From the NCBI RefSeq assembly GCF_000143415.4, contig NW_003314282.1, positions 159,700 through 223,699 on the forward strand: a stretch of DNA of 64,000 bases, read 5' to 3'. How positions within the stretch are numbered: position 1 is the first letter of the stretch; the number at the start of each line of letters is the position of its first letter. The notes below the pieces were generated by a model. That model ran no database searches, was not told the DNA's origin, and saw only the letters and a list, made by a program, of their open reading frames with translations. Source of the stretch: Selaginella moellendorffii. Taxonomy: Eukaryota; Plantae; Lycopodiophyta. The position numbers and the translations under genes are program-made. Below are positions 48,757-61,255 of this stretch, in pieces.

Positions 48757-49646
48757 ATGGCAGTGGCTATGGATTCCGGATGGACGTCACCTCGCTTTGG
48801 CATTGGCGGCGGCGCAGGGGGCAAGAAGCGGGGCTGGGGTGAAGATCAGAACAAGCTCCTCCAGTTCATGATTGGGCAGCCGATCGAATCCAGCAACGAT
48901 CAGACGAGCACCACGACTTTGGATCTCTTGGGCGGCTCTTCGTCTTCCTCCACCAAGACTCCTGTCACCGAGACCCTCGATTTGAAGCTCGACATGGAGA
49001 TGTCCGCTCCAAGCGGCTGGGAGAAGAGGCTCGATTTGAAAGTAAGTCCATCCACTCGTTCTTCCTCATCTCGCTTGAATTGATCCAAGAGTTTTTCTTT
49101 TCGCAGCTCGGCAAATTCTACTACGTGAATCTCAGCACCGGCAAGAGCACGTACAATCACCCATTCGCGATCGCGACGAGCTGCTGGGATTTGCAATCGG
49201 AGCTGGACAGGATGATGTCAAGCTCGCCATCGCCATCGCCATCCTCGTCGTTCGATTTAGTCGATTTGAAGCTCAATCTCGCCGTGGGCAGCACTAGTGC
49301 CAACTCGGGTTCCTCGTTTAGGGAGTCGATGCCCAGCCTGGGCATCTCCACGATCGAGGCGGTCCAGGAGGCGCTCAAGCGATCGATCAAATCCCCGACC
49401 TCCTCGGCGACATCATCGTCGGAGATCCAATTGGACGATCGATCCAGGAGAGGAGGGGGGGTAGTCGCGGAGGAATCGACGAGCGTCCCAAGCCCCCGGG
49501 TTGTTCTCACCGGCTGCAAGCGGTGTCTCATGTACGTGATGCTCACGCGCTCGGATCCACGGTGCCCGAAATGTGGGAGCTCCGTGATCAATCCTCTCCA
49601 AGATTTGCCAAGCAAGAAGCCACGATTGGAGCTCGATTTGTTGTGA
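48757..49646 (+). CDS. WW-domain protein with EAR-like motifs and C-terminal CxxC..CxxC ribbon (CFL1/GIR1-like); exons 48757-49041, 49107-49646
   Basis: APSGWEKRLDLK|LGKFYYVN..HP, DLKLNL, GCKRCLMYVML..CPKCG, LELDLL. Confidence 0.88.
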
Positions 49647-50870
49647 CGGTGAGCTCTCTCTCATCTGGAAGAAGAACCGTCACACTAGTTGTTCTTGTCA
49701 CCCCCAAACTATAGAAATACAATGGTATATCCAATAGCATGATCTTGGGCGATAATGATATAAAAAAGGATGATTATGGACGATCGATCACACTTGGGCG
49801 ATGGTAGATATTCGTGCAAAGCTCGAGTTCTTTCTAGGACCATCCGAGATTTTTTTTTCACGCGCTGGTATGGCACAGGGAACATTCAGTGACCCTGGAG
49901 CGAAGGAACAAAACAAACAAAATCAATAGATTGATCCATCTATCGAAAAACTTGATCTCACAGAAAGTCCATTCCAAGCTCTTTGTTTGCACGCCACCTT
50001 TCTCGTCCGCCACCTTGTCCGTTTGAATGCATTCATGTGATACACGACAAGATTATTCCCGGAGATATTCCACTCGCAACTTCTTCGTCTTCCTCTTCCA
50101 CAGTCCACACCACCACTCAAGTCGTGGGATTTTAATGGCGGCATGGAAGCTTGGAGCTCTCCTCCATAGTTTTTCAACGTGATTACTGCAAGGCCACCAC
50201 ACAACAACGACAATGTTGATTAAAAACCCAAACATGGCATGATCAACGAGAACAAGCATCCACGAACCTTGGGCCGAGCGCAACGTGGACACCATCTGGG
50301 CCGCCCACGGGGCCGACGGCCGCGATGGGCCCCGGCCAGTGACATAGTGTGGCATGACGTGACGATGAGGCGATGCCATGTCGCATTAGCATTCATGGCA
50401 GTGGACCTTGCTTCACAACTTCCACTGGTGTGTTTTCACATGACGTTGTTGCCCTGTCTCTTAGTGTACCAAGAACACTAAAGGAAAGAAAAACACAAGG
50501 AAAAGAGTGTTTTAGTATAACTCCTGCTAGCCAGCGAGAGAGAGCTCGCTGGGCCTTTAAGCTAAGAAAGAAAGAAGGAAGGAAAAGCTTGCCTTTGATA
50601 GGGATTTTGGTTGTTGATTCCTCCAAAGTGGATGGTGATGGTGGCGGTAGCTCGGGCCTCTCTCGTTTGTTGCTGAAAGAAAGAAAGAAAGGAAACCACC
50701 TACAAAAACAAAGCTGGCGTTGGTAAGTACAAGAGGGATAGAGTGACGAAAGAAAGAAACACTCCACAAACACACACACACAGAGACGCACCTTTCTTAT
50801 TTTTCGTCTCGCTTGTTGGATGTAGCTTTAGTAGCTCTTTTTCCTCAGTCCCACTCAAAGTCCAGCCACC

Positions 50871-51696
50871 ATGAAGTGTTGTCCTCCTCCGCAATCCTCC
50901 GCGGCGAGCTATCACAGCTCCTTGTCGGTCGACTCGCTGCTGGAGATCGTGGATTCCAAGCAGCCACTTCCGTCCGGGTGGGAGAAATGTCTTGACTTGA
51001 AGGTGAGAAGATTTGTTCGCTGATTCTCTCAATCCCTGAAGTTTTGGTTTGCAGTCTGGCGTTGTCTACTTCCGGAATCGCGCCTCCGGAGACAAGAGCT
51101 ACGCCGTTGTACCGCACAGACTTCCCCTACAATCACTGGAGCACAGTCAGTCCTTCACGCAAAATTCACTTCACGACCGAATTCACCTGTCCAGCGAAAG
51201 AATTCAGGTGTCGAGCGGCACCAGCAGCAGCAGCAGTAGCGGTGTTGTCGTGGATTTGGAGCTTGGTCTGGGACAAACTGCCAAGGAAAATATCAGAGGT
51301 TCCACAGTCTCCATGACCAGCCGCAGCCGTCCATTGCTGCAGATAGAAATCGAGGACCTGGATTTGAGATTAACTCTCCGGCCGATGAGCAGCTCGCAGC
51401 AGCAACAGCAGGTCGCAATGCCACCACCACCACCTCCACCATCGCCGTCTCACGTCTCGATTTCATCTTCTTCGTCGTCTCCGTGTTCGTCAACCACGCA
51501 CGTCGGAGCTGAATCTTGCGAGGCCGAGTCGAGGAAGTCAAAACGGCAAAAGACACGAACAAAGTCCCAGGAGTGGCCTGTCATGGTCACTGTAGGCTGC
51601 CGGCAGTGTCTCATGTACGTTATGCTCTCCAAAGATAACTTGTGCTGTCCAAAATGCGGTAACAGAGTCCCTCTGGATTTCATTCCTGCCGCCTGA
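50871..51696 (+). CDS. Second WW + zinc-ribbon (CFL1/GIR1-like) paralogue; exons 50871-51002, 51055-51696
   Basis: LPSGWEKCLDLK|SGVVYFRN, DLELGL, LDLRLTL, GCRQCLMYVML..CPKCG; same intron position as upstream paralogue. Confidence 0.88.
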
Positions 51697-52723
51697 ACCC
51701 ACTGCACTGCAGCACCAATAACTTGTTAGGAGATTAAAGAAAGAAGAACACAAAAACAAAGTTGGCTGTAGACAAAGTCCTGATTGACTCTTAACAAGCA
51801 AAAATGAAAAAGGAAACCAAACAAGATAGAGCAGCACTGGAAAGAGATAAATGCAATGTCAACTGGAGAGACGCTGGATTTCATGAACTACACTGAATGG
51901 TTCTACACTCGAGTTTTTCGACACATTGACTAAAGGAAGAGAAAAAAGAAAAGGAGAGAAAAAGTCAGAGCTGGGCATTATGGCCATCTCGCTTGCATGA
52001 CACCGGCCTAAGTTGGTTGGCCCCTCTCATTTCACTCGTGCTGACACGAACACAGGCAACCAATGCCTTAAAGAAACAATGACTATGTCTTAGCGGAACA
52101 CCCGACAGGACAGGGGGGGACGAAATCTTACCCAGTACTTTAGTTCCTTGAAGCTTCTCCAGCGCTGAATTCTCGCGAGCGTGATCGATTTTGCTTCACT
52201 TTGCGTGTTCGCTTTGTTCGGAGCCCCAGTTGGTTGGATTGTTGTGCAGCACTTCTGGCCAAATAGCATTAGATCGAGCAAAGAAAAGAGTAGCCATCCA
52301 TCGTGCAAATGACTTACACTGACAGAGAAGAGAAGCGGTTGCTTCGTCGTCCGTCCTGCAAAGGAAAAACCGAGGCACATTAAAGAAGTAAAAACAACAG
52401 TGGATGCCACTTGAAACAGTTTGTTGCCTCGTCACAGATAAGAAACAATGAGCGATGGAATGTTGTATTCTGAGAGAGTTACGTAGCACCAACCTTCTTT
52501 TCCTGCAGTGTACACCCTCTAGGAACTCATTCGCTCTGCATTCATGGACGAGCAAACAAAGTTAGCGAAGTTTCAGTCCAAGGAAGATATATGTATATAT
52601 TTCGTAGAGAAAAGGATAAAACTTTCCAAGGTAACCTTCGTTTGCGATAGCCATGAACTGCTTACGAGGAGCAAACAATGTTAGCCAAGATTTTAGTCGA
52701 AGAAAAAAGAGACCGCGAGAACC

Positions 52724-53251
52724 TTATCCTTCCGGATTGATCACGCCGAGATGAGCGTCGTTTATCGTCGCAAGGCAGCGGAACCCATCGCCCATGAACT
52801 GCCCTCCCAGGATCTTCGCTCGAACAGCACAACCTTTGGAGATTACCACACCATCGCTGTTCTTGAAACACGGGCCGTTCTCGTTGGAGTAGACAAACCC
52901 AGTCATGAGGCTGTGGTGGAGAAAGATCGCAGTGTAAGGGCCGCAAGAGGCCTCGGCGCCACTCTGCTTCACATTCTCGATCTCCAGCTCCACGATCTCG
53001 TTCTTGATCAACTTGAACACCATGCACTTAAAATCCACTTTGTAGGAGACGCCGCCGGACTCCCTGATCATGCCCCCGCTCACCTTGGACAGTGTCGTGG
53101 GCGCGACATAGTAGCCGTGCTCGCGGCTGCATTGGAGATCCTCCATATCCTCTAGCAGCGTCTGGATGATCCAGCGCCGATGGCCGCCGGAAGGATCCAT
53201 ATGCCGGGGATGGACGATCACATCGCGGCGCAGCGAAATTTCCCACCACAT
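52724..53251 (-). CDS. RPB7-family RNA polymerase subunit, divergent and intronless, probably Pol IV/V subunit 7 (NRPD7/NRPE7-like)
   Basis: V.VHP, EHGYYVA.T, V.F.C.VFK..K.EIV, CGP..IF, C..TIND.HLG; lacks the highly conserved NRPB7 N terminus. Confidence 0.8.
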   Translation of the reverse strand: MWWEISLRRDVIVHPRHMDPSGGHRRWIIQTLLEDMEDLQCSREHGYYVAPTTLSKVSGGMIRESGGVSYKVDFKCMVFKLIKNEIVELEIENVKQSGAEASCGPYTAIFLHHSLMTGFVYSNENGPCFKNSDGVVISKGCAVRAKILGGQFMGDGFRCLATINDAHLGVINPEG

Positions 53252-53585
53252 TGCCGCGCGAGAGGGAAACTAGAAACCCTAAAATCCAAAATCCCTAAAA
53301 CCCTAAGCCCCATAAGAAACGGTCACAAAATAATGATGTGGGCCGGATCTCGTCCGTACAAGTAGGGTTTTGCAGGTTTTGGAAGGGATCGCCCTGCCGG
53401 ATCGAGCGCGCTCGTCAATCGCTGCCTCTTCTCTCAACCCGGTATGTCCGCGCCGGGATTCGCCGCGCTCCCCCTCGCGCTCTTCCCCATTGTGTGCGCT
53501 GTGGCGGCGATTAGGCTGCAATGTCGTCCCCCATTCTAATCCTCTCTTTGATTGTAGTGTCGATATTGCGGCCATACTGGAGAAT
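53252..53585. promoter_or_regulatory. Compact divergent intergenic region with telo-boxes
   Basis: 334 bp between opposite start codons; AAACCCTAA at 53274-53282 and 53298-53306. Confidence 0.55.
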
Positions 53586-55993
53586 ATGACGGAGCCGTCC
53601 AAGGTTCTCCACGTCCGGAATGTTGGGCAAGAAATAACGGAGGTAAAGAGGAGAGTTTATAGTTGTTTGAGCAATGAGAGAAATTATTTTTCTTCTTTCC
53701 TTTGCAGAGTGACTTGCTCGGACTGGTCCAGCCATTTGGGTCAGTGAGCAAGATGGTCTTGCTGAGAACGAAGAACCAGGTAATGGTTGCTCTTTCTTTT
53801 TTCTTTTCGTTCTTTCAGCCAGTTTAAGATCACTGTTCTTTGCAGGCTCTTTTGCAAATGCAAGATGTGAATGCAGCCATCAGCGCGATGCAATACTACA
53901 CGTCGGTACAGCCGAGTGTGAGGTTCGATGGTTTTTTTTCTCTTCCTTTCTATCTCTCTCTCTCTCTCTCTCTTGCTATCGCTGTTTCTTTCTGTTTTCG
54001 CCGTGAAAGCTGACGTTTTTCCGTGCTTGCTTGCCACAGGGGTAGAAACGTTTACATCCAGTTTTCGTCACATCAGGAGCTCACAACTTCTGATCAAGCA
54101 ACGCAACCTCGGCGTCCGGCTGGTGATCAGGTTTGTCTCCTAGGATGGACTGAGTGCCTTTATCTCTAGATGGAAGCACCAGTTCTCAAGAATTTTTCTT
54201 TCTTTCTTTTTGCTTTGGATTTTCTTTAGCTTTCTACTTCAGTACTGGCTCCCTCACTTCTTTTTCTCTTCCTGTCTTCTCTTGTATCTTGCTGGAACGC
54301 GGTGTGGGTCTTCTTCAGGATCAACAACCCAACCGAATTCTCTTAGTTACTATTCACCACCCGCTCTATCCCATCACCGTGGATGTGCTGCATCAAGTTT
54401 TTAACCCTCATGGCCATGTCGAGAAGATCGTCACGTTCCAGAAGTCAGCTGGTTAGCTCCTCTCGTCTACTCTTAACTTTTTATTTCTCTTTTCTATTCT
54501 GTCTCGTAGGCTTTGCTGTTGCTTGTGATTTTGCGAAGCTACTTTTCTTTTTGCCTTTTATCATTCGTGCTTTTGACGCAGGCCTGCAAGCGCTTATTCA
54601 GTACAACAATCAGCAAAGTGCTGTTTACGCAAAGTCCCTTCTCCAAGGGCGTAACATCTATGACGGCTGCTGTACATTGGACATCCAGTTTTCTAAGTAC
54701 GTTGTAAGACTTACTTTCATGTATCAAGCTGATGTCGCACATTATAACAGCCTTCAGGAGCTCCAAGTGAACTTCAATAACGAACGGACAAGGTACCAAC
54801 CTCCTCCGATATTTTCCTCTTTTTTTGTCTTGTTTGATGCTTTAGCGGATAAATATTGCAGGGACTACACAAATAGTTCTCTACCAAACGAGCCTGGGCG
54901 ATCTCAGAACCCGCCTGGGGGTAATAACATGATGGTGAGTTTTTTATTTTTGGTTTGGCGATTCCGAGCATTAAGCGCCTTCGTCAACTTAGGCAAACGT
55001 TCTGCTTCAACAGTCTCTTTTGGACGGTAACATCTACGCTATGCCTCCGAGACCGGCTGGACAAATAGGTGGGAGAAAATTTGTGTGTCTGGCAGGTGTT
55101 TAAAGTATTTTGCTTTCTCTTGCAGTCAACTTCCAGCAGGCTCCTGGTGCTCAGCCTCTTGGCTATCAGGTACATAAAAATTTCTTCCTTCTTGTTCTCT
55201 TCAGACATTTTACTTCCTTTGTTTTGTCAGGTTCCAATGACACCGTCAGCGGCTGCTGCAGCGGCTGCGTCTGGTGGCACACTTCCTCCCGGCGTCACTG
55301 GTACGAACGAGCGATGCACTCTTCTCGTATCAAACTTAGCTCCCGAGGTAACCACGTTCACTGGCAAATATATAGTAGTCCTTACGCTTGGAATATGGCA
55401 GAAGGTCGATGCGGACAAACTATTTAACTTGTTCTCCAACTATGGAAACATAATTCGGATAAAAATGTTGCACAACAAGCCCGACCACGCACTCATACAA
55501 ATGGGCGATGGCTATCAAGCCGAGCTTGCAGTGTACTACTTGAGAGTAAGTAGTATTGTTATTTATTCCATTCCAAAACTCTGCAAACGTGTTTGCTTGG
55601 CAGGGAACGATGCTCTTTGAGAAGCGAATGGAAGTGAACTTCTCTAAGCACTCGCAGATAAATCCATCGCAAGACACTCACGACTACTCGTCATCGAACT
55701 TGAACCGCTTCAACCGCAACGCGCTCAAGAACTACAAGTACTGCTGCTCCCCGACCAAGATGATCCACGTCTCGAGCCTGCCGACGGACATCACCGAGGT
55801 GGACCTGATGAACCATCTGTCCCCGCACGGCAACATCCTCAACGTGAAGATCTTCGAGGCAAACGGCAAGAAGCAAGCGCTGGTCCACTTTGACAACGAG
55901 GAACAGGCGACGGAAGCGCTGGTGTGCAAGCACGCGACGGTGGTGAAGAAATCCACCGTGCGACTGGCCTTCTCCAAGCTCTCCAACATCTGA
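53586..55993 (+). CDS. PTB3: Polypyrimidine tract-binding protein homolog 3 (four RRMs), multi-exon
   Basis: MTEPSKVLHVRNVG, PNRILLVTIHH..YPITVDVLHQVF, GRNIYDGCC.LDIQFS, DKLFNLFS.YGNI, CCSPTKMIH. Confidence 0.92.
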
Positions 55994-56499
55994 CGGGTGT
56001 GGTCCCGTGAAAGAGATTTGGCCGAGCTGCTTGTACACCTGGGCCACTAGACAAGCTAGCCGTGCCGGACGTATAAGTTTTTCTCGAATTGCTGGATCGA
56101 CAAGAACAGACATTAATACCATTCTCTTCATGTGACCTTGTTGGAAGTTTATTTTATTCTTTTCTTATGATATAAACTTCCATTCTATGCTTCTAGTTGA
56201 TTTAATAATTCCATCTCTTGCATTGCAAATGATATCTCGAGAGGATTCACTCAAAAATTAAGGCACACAAGGAACTCCAGCAAACGCTAACGTTATATTT
56301 TACCTATCTAATATCTTGAGATCCAGCTACAAAGATTGAGATTGCTGAAATTCCATCTCTTCTATTTTAAGCATTTGTGTCATAGGAATCATATAAAGAT
56401 ATAAAGGAAAAAAAAATTAAAGCTTTAGATGTTTTATTTGAACTTTTTATGCAATGTCTTTAAATAGGTTAAAATTTAGTTCCTTTCTTGGTAAGAAGT

Positions 56500-57408
56500 A
56501 TGAAGTACTTTATTTTTGTAATATTTTTTTCTTTATTATTTTTCATAGTGGAAACAGTAAATTTTATACAGAAAACAGTTCCAGGTAGAATTACAATAAA
56601 TGATGTGTTTACTATAGAAGAAACAATTAATTGTTTCCTTAATTCAATTCTAAATGGGACAATTTTAAGAACTGGAGTTTTTCCTATTGAATGTATAGGG
56701 GTATCTGTAATTCAAATAAATATTAAAATTCATATCTATGCTTTTAATTTTAATAATTCTTGCAGTCTTATTGGTCCACAAATAAAAGTTAGTGGTGAAA
56801 CATTTAAAATAGTTTTTAAAACACTTCTTTTAGCTGTTTTGGAGGAAGCCCAAAATGGATTATATGCCCGTATTAAAGCAGTACATGAATTTCTAGGATT
56901 AGAATATAGAGTACATCTTTACTATCGCGATTCATTAAAAAACATAAATAATACCACTATACAAAAGGTAATAATAAATGTTTTAATGATCTACTAAAAT
57001 ATTTTATGATGTTATTAGATAAATACAAATGATAATGACTGTTGGATTTATAGATCATCCTTGGTAAGTGGAAATATAAATGATATTGGATCTTATCTTC
57101 TCTCAAAAAACTCTATTGTTTCACCAAATGCAATGTATAAATTAAAAATGGAAAAAGATTGTAATTTATCATTTTACTTTTTAACCAAACAAATATGGGA
57201 AACTAAAACAAAAAAATTAGGATTTAATTGCTATTGTATTTTAGACACCAATCAAAACTTTTTTATTTATGATGATATGCACAATATAATATGGACTTCA
57301 AACACTAATAGTAAAATTACAACAGAAAGTGCAATTATAATTGAAGACATTGGTAAGATATCTTTATATAATACATTAACAAATAGCTTAATTAAACAAT
57401 GGCCATAG
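56500..57408 (+). CDS. Predicted secreted protein with C-terminal bulb-type (B/GNA-like) lectin domain; exons 56500-56967, 57019-57408
   Basis: Signal-peptide-like MKYFIFVIFFSLLFFIVE; 51-bp GT-AG intron joins two ORFs in frame; IVSPN..YKL.M..DCNL..Y..IWET.T..C...L..NF.IYD...IWTSNT pattern. Confidence 0.72.
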
Positions 57409-58684
57409 GGTATATTATTTCAATTGTTGTGTTTTCCATATAGATATCTTATAATATTTCATTTCTAAATTGAAGATATATAACCTTGAAGTATAATATA
57501 AACTTCATTCTATTATAGTTTGATCAAATGCTTTTGATTGGATGTTATGTAGGATTTAATAATTCCATACAAAATAATAGAAAGTATCAAGTCTCTTGCA
57601 TTACAAATAAAATCTATTGGTATCTTGAGAGAATTCACTAAAAATTTAAGGCATACAAACAAACATTTTCCTAGCTAACATTGTATATTACTTATTTAGT
57701 ATACTTGGTGTGTAAGAATATTAAATTCCATTAATCTTAATATAGTTTTTGGGTAACATTTATCCATTGAGATACCATTTCAGCAATTTCAACTTATATC
57801 TGGATGTCAAGAAGTTCACTTCACCAGCATTGTGGATACCAATATTTTAGTTTATTTGCTTTCCTTTTTGGGACAACTATCTTTTAAGGGACCTCATTGT
57901 CTTGTAATAACTCTTATGAAGAATAGCCAATAATGCTATGAAATATATTATAATATATTTATATTGTAATCCAATTGCATTAATTTGCCATGATATAGTA
58001 TTGTAAATAATCCTTAACCTAAGCATTAACATGTTCAATCTACCCATTTACAAGAGGATGATAACTTATACAAAACTTCAGTTTATCCAAGATCAAGAAT
58101 TTTTCCTTTCCCTCCTTTTAACAACTGAAATAGTGTGCCCTAAAACTTTCTTGTAAACCTTGAATCCCTACTCTTTAGTCTGTAAACATATGCATTGTAA
58201 TTTTATGATTTTCCATATTATAAATAGTATAATTTTTATTATGCTAGTTCGCAAAGAATTTGAACCCTTCAACAAGTTGGCATTTTATACAAACATTAAC
58301 CTAAATTGTCCTCAATCCGCATTAGAGAAATTGGATACGTGATTCAGGCCTGAGACCCTACTGGGTGCGCGAGAGGTCACCAGGGGCGGTCAAGAATTGG
58401 GCTCATCTCGCCCATTTTCCATCCAGCTGCCCGCAACACTATTCGATGAGCAAGTGCTGGCTCATTCGCTCACTAAGATCGGTGATTGGTGAAAGTTGGA
58501 AAGCTGGGCAAGGATGGGATGGCTTGCACTCTGATTCTGTTTGAGTTTTCCCTCATCTCTCAGCCACTGCCAAGAGTTTGGCAGACTTAGATAACTGGTG
58601 GCCAGACTCACGAACAAATCATCCCATGACCACACACCTCCAAAATATTGGCTGGTGTGTCTGTGTGATCTACATTGGTCTTTT

Positions 58685-58890
58685 GTGAGCAATATATCCA
58701 TTCTTATGCAAACGCAAAGGTACCACAGCATAATGTTTAATGAGTACGTTTCTATCCAGATTTTCCCAGTGTTCTTCCCAAGCATCACTAATATAAGTGC
58801 TGGGATTTTGGTCAAATGCCTTGCCTTGGACGTGCTAGGCATTGACTCAGTACTCATTGTTTTTCTTTTGCATATCACAAAACATATCTG
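58685..58890 (-). repeat. Inverted paralogue of 63810-64000, likely remnant of an unknown gene
   Basis: Reverse complement matches tgttttgtgatatg..aaggcaaggcatttgaccaaaatcccag..gcataagaatggatatattgctca. Confidence 0.8.
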
Positions 58891-60329
58891 CATCATGTCC
58901 TAAAAGGTGACTTTTTAAGAATTAAGCTTGCAAATGAAGTGTTAAAAGCTTTCAAAATAATTATCAAGATTTCTGGAAAAGGCATCAACTTACAATGTGC
59001 CAAAGAAACAAAATACCTGGTTTTTGTTCTCTCTCCCATTCATTGGTTAGTCCCATGCTCCTCAGTTGGATAGAAATGGAATTGCAAATGTAATTCCACA
59101 TTCCATGAAACTATGCTAACTTCCAGTTTGAAAGTTGAATCTTCCATTTTGGCAGAAGATTACAGCAAGGACATAATAAAAATGATTGTCGTGAATTTGT
59201 GAAGTGTTTGTTAATTTGGCACTTACTAGTCTACTACTATAACGAGCGATTTCTGAACTGCTGGATCTGGCCAGTCAGCGTGGAGTAACTCAGTAAACAT
59301 TGCTTACCGCACGTCCAAGACGAATGGAAGGTAGAGCAGGATGGGGAAAGGGGCCAGGTAGCTGCTTAGATCCTCAAGGCAGCAGCAAGATCACGCGCTT
59401 CTGTGGCATAAATTCCATATTGTAGAATCCGAGTAATTTCATACCCACTGATTTCGAGCGTGCAGATAAATCCTGCTTTCTTCTTGCTGCTGCTCAGGAG
59501 GAAAGGAGACGATCCTGTGTGAATCTACCTCTCGCAAGATCCCGCGTTGTGTGTGCCACTAAGGTAGGAAACTTTGCAGCTGCCGTGTATGTCCTGGATG
59601 ACAATCTTCTCGATATTGCCATGAGGGCTGACAACTTGGTGGAGTATATCTGATAGAGCGGATTATGAATGATGGCAAGAAGCACCCGAGAAGCGTCCGT
59701 AGAAAACGAACAAACATAAGCACAAGGAACGAATGACTGACGAAGACACACAGACTTTGAACTGGAGTCCCTGCAACACATTTGAAAATGGCAACAGACA
59801 AAATGAAAACTTCAAGAGCGCCTGGTCCTCTTGATAACACTCTACGTCTCCCATTTCCAGAAGTGCCTACGGACGAACCGATGATTGTGCCAAGGACCGT
59901 CCTAAGAGAAGTGCTTGATAACACTCTACGTCTCTCAATTCCAGAAAAAACCAGAGAAACCACGAAAACGCATACATCTCTCCCTGATCTCATCACAATG
60001 AACGTGTTTATGGATCCAAAGCAAGACATACCACACTAAAAAAATCCCACATTTTCGCAAGCGCACACATCTGAGTGATCTCGTCCGCTTGCGTTCGGAA
60101 TAAAAGAACCTTTGACGGGAGCCTACAAAAAAACAGGTGTAGTTAGAACTTCAAGAATCCATCTATGGAGACCAAACCGATGATTGTGCCAAGGTCGTCG
60201 TGGCGAAGCAGAGTCCCTGGAAGAGTCCATCGCTCTGCGAGCCAAATGTGGTAGAGGAGAGAAAGCGGCTGCTGGTCAGGAGGCGCAGAAGCGAGCCCAA
60301 CCCTAAACCATAAACCCTGTAAGGAATAT

Positions 60330-61121
60330 GTCGCGCTGTTCCAGAGGGTCGTCTCCAGCATCTTGCGCGCTTGATCGATCCTCCCGGCCATGGCGCAGGC
60401 TTGGACCATCGCGTTCATCGCTCGGTGAGGCATTCTTTCGAATAAACTCTCGGCTTCTTCTAGGTCATCGTTCTGTGTGTAGGCGAGCATCGCGTCAAAG
60501 GTACTCCTAGCCTCGGAAAGATGCCGGTTCTGGGAATAAGTGTTAATCATCGTGTTCCAGGATACAAGATCTCGCTGCTCCGTGTATAAAAGATCTCTTG
60601 CGCCTCCGAAATCTTCCCTTCTCCAGCATACGCAGCCATCATCGTGTTCCAGGTAAAGAGAACCTTCTTCTTTGTTCTATCAAACAGTGTCTTGGCTTCT
60701 TCCAGGTCCCCATATTGGGCATATGCTGTGATCATGGCATTCCACGAGACAACATCCTTGGAGGGCATCTCGTCAAAGAGATCTCTCGCTCGATAGATCT
60801 GCCCTTTGCGAGTGTATGCCGCGATAAGTTGGGCTGATCCAGGCGATCGAAAGCCGCTTGCGCCTTGTCCAATTGCCCGCACTTGCCATACATCTCGATG
60901 AGGAGATTTCCCAGGTATCTGTCATTCGCAAATTCACTCGAGGAGATTTGTTTGTAGACTCGATCTCCCTGTGAAGGGTCCTTGGAATTCCCACATTGCT
61001 TGAGGAGGTGAGCAAAATAGTCAGTGTCACACTTGCATGATTCATTAAAGCTCCATTGTTTGTTCTCGAGTGGTTTTGGATTACGCCAGAGCCCTAGAAA
61101 CAGGGTTGCCTTCTCCAGCAT
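60330..61121 (-). pseudogene. Frameshifted PLS-class PPR pseudogene
   Basis: PPR motifs (LIEMYGKCG, DVVSWNAMITAYAQ) split across three frames; 3' truncated. Confidence 0.85.
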
Positions 61122-61255
61122 CGTCACTCGCGCAAAGGTACTCGATCAAATGCAAATCCATTCCATTTCTACAGCGCTAGAACTAGCGCGCATTTTCGCT
61201 CTCGCGTCTAATCCTACAGGTAGATAGATAGATAGCAAGCAATTTCTCCAGAGTC

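Noticed and set aside
59782-60039. Short ORF with repeated LDNTLRL
   Set aside because: Explained by small local duplications; no family recognised
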